This document shows, piece by piece, positions 61,231-64,000 of a stretch of DNA of 64,000 bases; position 1 is the stretch's first letter, and each line of letters starts with the position of its first letter. Origin of the DNA: Candidatus Enterousia sp. Lineage in GTDB: Bacteria; Pseudomonadota; Alphaproteobacteria; Rs-D84. The notes beneath the pieces are model-generated. The model saw nothing but the letters and a program-made list of their open reading frames with translations, was not told where the DNA came from and did no database searches. Made by a program: the position numbers and the translations under genes. The stretch is from assembly GCA_045546155.1 (NCBI GenBank), contig JAZQCG010000012.1, positions 477-64,476 on the forward strand, read 5' to 3'.

Positions 61231-62904
61231 ATGAGAAATAAGTTTTCTTGCTTGTTTATTGCGCGTATGCTGGTGGCGACATCTGTGGTGGTTTTGGCTG
61301 GATGCGCTGGGTCTGGTAACGATATGGACCAGTGGGGGCCAATTGCAACACCAACGGTTGACTATATCGAAGGATTGGATGTTTATTCGGCGCCGCACAA
61401 AGATTCCTTTTTGAATCAATTGGCGATGAATTATCGTTCGTATGCAATTTATAACGCGCGGACCAGTGGGTATCCAGATATGGGGGAATTGTTCGCAAAC
61501 AAGGCGGTGGCAGCATTTAGTGGTGAAACACCGTTCCCAGAATCCTTGGATAATTGGCCGGTTGCAGACGAACAAATGTCGTTTGAATTGTATAATGCGT
61601 ATAATCAATTGATGGAACAGTTGAAAACAGATGCAGCGGATAATAATCCACAACTGGCAGCTGAGGCCCAGGCAAAGTTTGATTGCTGGTTGTCAGCAAC
61701 GGCCAGTGAACAGATGAAAACGGCTGCGCAGTGTCGTGATCGTTTCCAAAAGACTATTTCGGCATTGGCGGACTGCAAAGATGGTCGTGTGATTAATGTG
61801 GTTAAAGCGTCCAATGTGCCAAGTGTAGAAACAACAGTTGAAACAGTGTCAGAGGTTGCCGCTGTATCGGGTTGTGCAAATGGCGCATGTGCGGCTGAAA
61901 AGATTGTACAAACGGAAACTTATTATCCAGAAACACGTAATATGGCGGCGATGACGGATTCTGCGCGTACACGTGAAGGGGTTATTATTGTTAATAATGT
62001 TAATGTGCCAGAACACCTGATTAATCCAGTGCCTGTTCAGCCGGTTGTGTTTAACCAGAACATTTATGGTGGTGATAAAACAATTTCAAAAAGCGCAAAT
62101 GACAACAGTGTTCGCAACAGTAATAATAATGTCGCACCACGTGACTGTCCAAAAGATGATAAAGAGTGCCTGAGTGCGGTTATTAATCCATTGGTAATCG
62201 TAGAAGAAGAGCAGGTTGTAACGCCATGTGAACAACAACTGTGCCCAGAAGGCTTGCCGTGTCCGGAATGTGAAAAATGTCCAGAAGGTCAGCCATGTCC
62301 AGAAATGCCAATGATTAGCGAAGAATTGGTTACACGCGAAGAATTCATCAATATGATGATGGCGATGCGTGATGAATTGGCGGCGATTAATGCGCGTCTG
62401 GACCAGATTCAAGCGGCCCAGGGCGAAAAAACAATGATTAAGGTTCAGCAGATTCCATTAACGCCACAACAGCATGTTATGGAAGAAGTCTTTGAAGTTC
62501 GCTTTGATTTTGATAAAGCAACTATTAAGCCAGAATATCAGGAATTGATTAAGAAGTTAGCATCTGCGACCCAGGAAAATAAAAATATCAAGGTATCTGT
62601 TGTTGGGCATACAGATACAGTTGGAACAAGTAACTATAATTATGCATTGGGTGGACGTCGTGCCGAAGCGGTTCAAAAGATGCTGATTAAGTATGGTATC
62701 CCAGCCAGCCAGATTGTTGCGGTGTCCGCTGGCGAAGAAGGTTTGGCTGTGCCAACCCCAGATAATACACCAAATGCAGAAAATCGTCGTGTGCGTGTCG
62801 TAAAAGAAGTTCATTATGAAGAACCAGCTGCACCAGCACCGGTCGCAATCGAGGTTCAAGAATATTCAGGCGCGACATGCGGCGAATATGGCTGTGATGA
62901 ATAA
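61231..62904 (+). CDS. OmpA-family lipoprotein (peptidoglycan-binding C-terminal domain)
   Basis: Lipobox VVLAGC. Cys/Pro-rich CEQQLCPEGLPCPECEKCPEGQPCPE. C-terminal FDFDKATIKPEY...VVGHTDTVGTSNYNYALGGRRAEAV...NRRVRVV. Confidence 0.85.
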   Translation: MRNKFSCLFIARMLVATSVVVLAGCAGSGNDMDQWGPIATPTVDYIEGLDVYSAPHKDSFLNQLAMNYRSYAIYNARTSGYPDMGELFANKAVAAFSGETPFPESLDNWPVADEQMSFELYNAYNQLMEQLKTDAADNNPQLAAEAQAKFDCWLSATASEQMKTAAQCRDRFQKTISALADCKDGRVINVVKASNVPSVETTVETVSEVAAVSGCANGACAAEKIVQTETYYPETRNMAAMTDSARTREGVIIVNNVNVPEHLINPVPVQPVVFNQNIYGGDKTISKSANDNSVRNSNNNVAPRDCPKDDKECLSAVINPLVIVEEEQVVTPCEQQLCPEGLPCPECEKCPEGQPCPEMPMISEELVTREEFINMMMAMRDELAAINARLDQIQAAQGEKTMIKVQQIPLTPQQHVMEEVFEVRFDFDKATIKPEYQELIKKLASATQENKNIKVSVVGHTDTVGTSNYNYALGGRRAEAVQKMLIKYGIPASQIVAVSAGEEGLAVPTPDNTPNAENRRVRVVKEVHYEEPAAPAPVAIEVQEYSGATCGEYGCDE

Positions 62905-62929
62905 TTAATTTGATGGGATTAAAAAATAC

Positions 62930-62958
62930 TTGACAAAAAAAATTGTTTGGTATATATT
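62930..62958 (+). promoter_or_regulatory. Candidate sigma70 promoter
   Basis: TTGACA-N17-TATATT. Confidence 0.55.
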
Positions 62959-63000
62959 TTAATCCTGTCAGAGAGATGTTGTGTAAAAAGGACATTGAAA

Positions 63001-63156
63001 ATGACCAACAAGGTGAATATTTTTAACAGTGGTGCAAAGGTGGCGCGCTTTGGAAACGCCAGAAATGCAGTGCCGTTTGCGGTTGGTAAAATGCTAAGCG
63101 AACGTGGTATTGATTGCACACAGCATATTTGTGATCCAAATAATTACATCAAATAA
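63001..63156 (+). CDS. Small hypothetical protein (51 aa) with its own promoter and terminator
   Basis: MTNKVNIFNSGAKVARFGNARNAVPFAVGKMLSERGIDCTQHICDPNNYIK. ATG at 63001 follows AAAGGA. The ORF-track start at 62947 lies inside the promoter. Confidence 0.45.
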   Translation: MTNKVNIFNSGAKVARFGNARNAVPFAVGKMLSERGIDCTQHICDPNNYIK

Positions 63157-63185
63157 TATGTAATGTTTGGGATTGGAATTTGAAA

Positions 63186-63219
63186 ATCAGGGGGTGGTTT
63201 TTGCCCCCTGATGTTTTTG
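63186..63219 (+). terminator. Rho-independent terminator
   Basis: tcaggggg-tggtttttg-ccccctga followed by tgTTTTT. Confidence 0.7.
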
Positions 63220-63220
63220 T

Positions 63221-63248
63221 TTGACAAATTGTTGGTGTGTGCTATATT
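63221..63248 (+). promoter_or_regulatory. Candidate sigma70 promoter
   Basis: TTGACA-N16-TATATT. Confidence 0.55.
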
Positions 63249-63278
63249 TTGTCCACTAAAAATTTAAGGGATATTAAT

Positions 63279-63884
63279 ATGAATGACAAATCAAAGAAAT
63301 TAGACCCAAAATGGGCCAGATTATTAAAAAATGTTGGTATTGGGTGCTATAATTTTAAGACAAAGCCCCAGGTGCAGCCCGTTGTTGAAAAAGAAATTTT
63401 AACCGATGGTAAAATGAAAAATCTGTTCGGGGCATCGTATGAAAATATCGTTTATTTCAATTTTGATACAGAATGCTGGAATCGTTCAAGATACCTTGGG
63501 TTTACAATGGGTGACCAGAGTGTTGATGCACGCAATGCAATGGAAATGAAGCAAATGGTTGAAAAAGAGCCACAGATGCAGGGACTGGAAGTTGTGGCAT
63601 CGGTTACAATGTCGACACCGGATTGTGAATACCCAGGCACAGGTAATATTGCAGGCAAACCAACGTACAAACGTGCACGCAATATAGTTGGTACATTAAT
63701 TTTGCGTGACAAAGTTTCTGGCAAGATTTTACCGCCAGCCCCATGTTGGTTGGGCGTTGATGATTATGCCAAGGTATCGGTTGCTGCATTTTATGGCGCA
63801 GACGGTTTGGTATACAAATTGGCAAATAATGGGCTGCTGCGAAATAAGTTTATTTCGGAATTAACCCGTCAAATTCAGCATTAA
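63279..63884 (+). CDS. Hypothetical cytosolic protein, paralog of 33418-34071
   Basis: ATG 63279 with AAGGGA SD; the ORF-track start at 63237 overlaps the promoter. Shares the FNFDTECWN..RYLG block with the paralog. Confidence 0.55.
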   Translation: MNDKSKKLDPKWARLLKNVGIGCYNFKTKPQVQPVVEKEILTDGKMKNLFGASYENIVYFNFDTECWNRSRYLGFTMGDQSVDARNAMEMKQMVEKEPQMQGLEVVASVTMSTPDCEYPGTGNIAGKPTYKRARNIVGTLILRDKVSGKILPPAPCWLGVDDYAKVSVAAFYGADGLVYKLANNGLLRNKFISELTRQIQH

Positions 63885-63889
63885 TAAAT

Positions 63890-64000
63890 CCCGCCAAATG
63901 GCGGGATTTTTATTTATTCAGATTTCGTACGAATAAAAAAATTATAATTCCATGTTTTTATATATAACTATTTGAAATCAGTGTAAAAAAACCTAAAAAA
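63890..64000 (+). repeat. 112-nt direct repeat, copy B (runs into the window end)
   Basis: Begins with the terminator cccgcc-aaat-ggcggg-attttt. About 92% identical to 57667-57778. Confidence 0.85.

Overview
AT-rich (about 40% GC) chromosomal segment of a Gram-negative bacterium. lptC-lptB, OmpA-like domains and beta-barrel proteins indicate an outer membrane. The EF-Tu sequence and the rpsM-rpsK-rpoA-rplQ order without rpsD look alphaproteobacterium-like, but that is a low-confidence inference. The window has three parts. (1) 0-15 kb is housekeeping genes mixed with accessory material: a DedA-family gene, rbfA, a four-helix-bundle ('23S IVS protein' family) gene bracketed by inverted repeat arrays, lepA, three small Cys-cluster genes plus an integrase-like gene without recognisable catalytic residues, acpP-fabF, an acyl-CoA synthetase with a tandem-repeat tail, tRNA-Pro(CGG), two kinase-fold paralogs flanking an internally collapsed ABC exporter remnant and mltG, and a small beta-barrel OMP. 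(2) 15-36 kb is a complete str-S10-spc-alpha ribosomal superoperon (rpsL to rplQ, including a 58-aa rpmD missing from the ORF track). It has no adk after secY, and a roughly 2-kb accessory insert lies between rpsK and rpoA. (3) 36-64 kb is the most unusual part: a roughly 26-kb cluster of large, paralogous, modular Cys-rich secreted proteins that I cannot assign to a known family. They share a Cx6C..CGxDFxxC motif, CxC modules, glycine-zipper segments and acidic linkers. Two OmpA-like peptidoglycan-binding proteins, an ankyrin plus beta-barrel protein, a lipoprotein, two DUF3419/BtaA-like SAM-enzyme paralogs and lptC-lptB are interleaved with them. A G10 tract at 42585-42594 separates one of these genes from an out-of-frame but clearly homologous C-terminal module, so it is either a phase-variation candidate or an assembly error. 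Non-coding signals include a roughly 95-nt structured repeat in three copies with compensatory stem changes, a 112-nt direct repeat at two gene junctions, and near-identical promoters before rpsM and rpoA. All calls come from reading the sequence and the translations; no database search was run.
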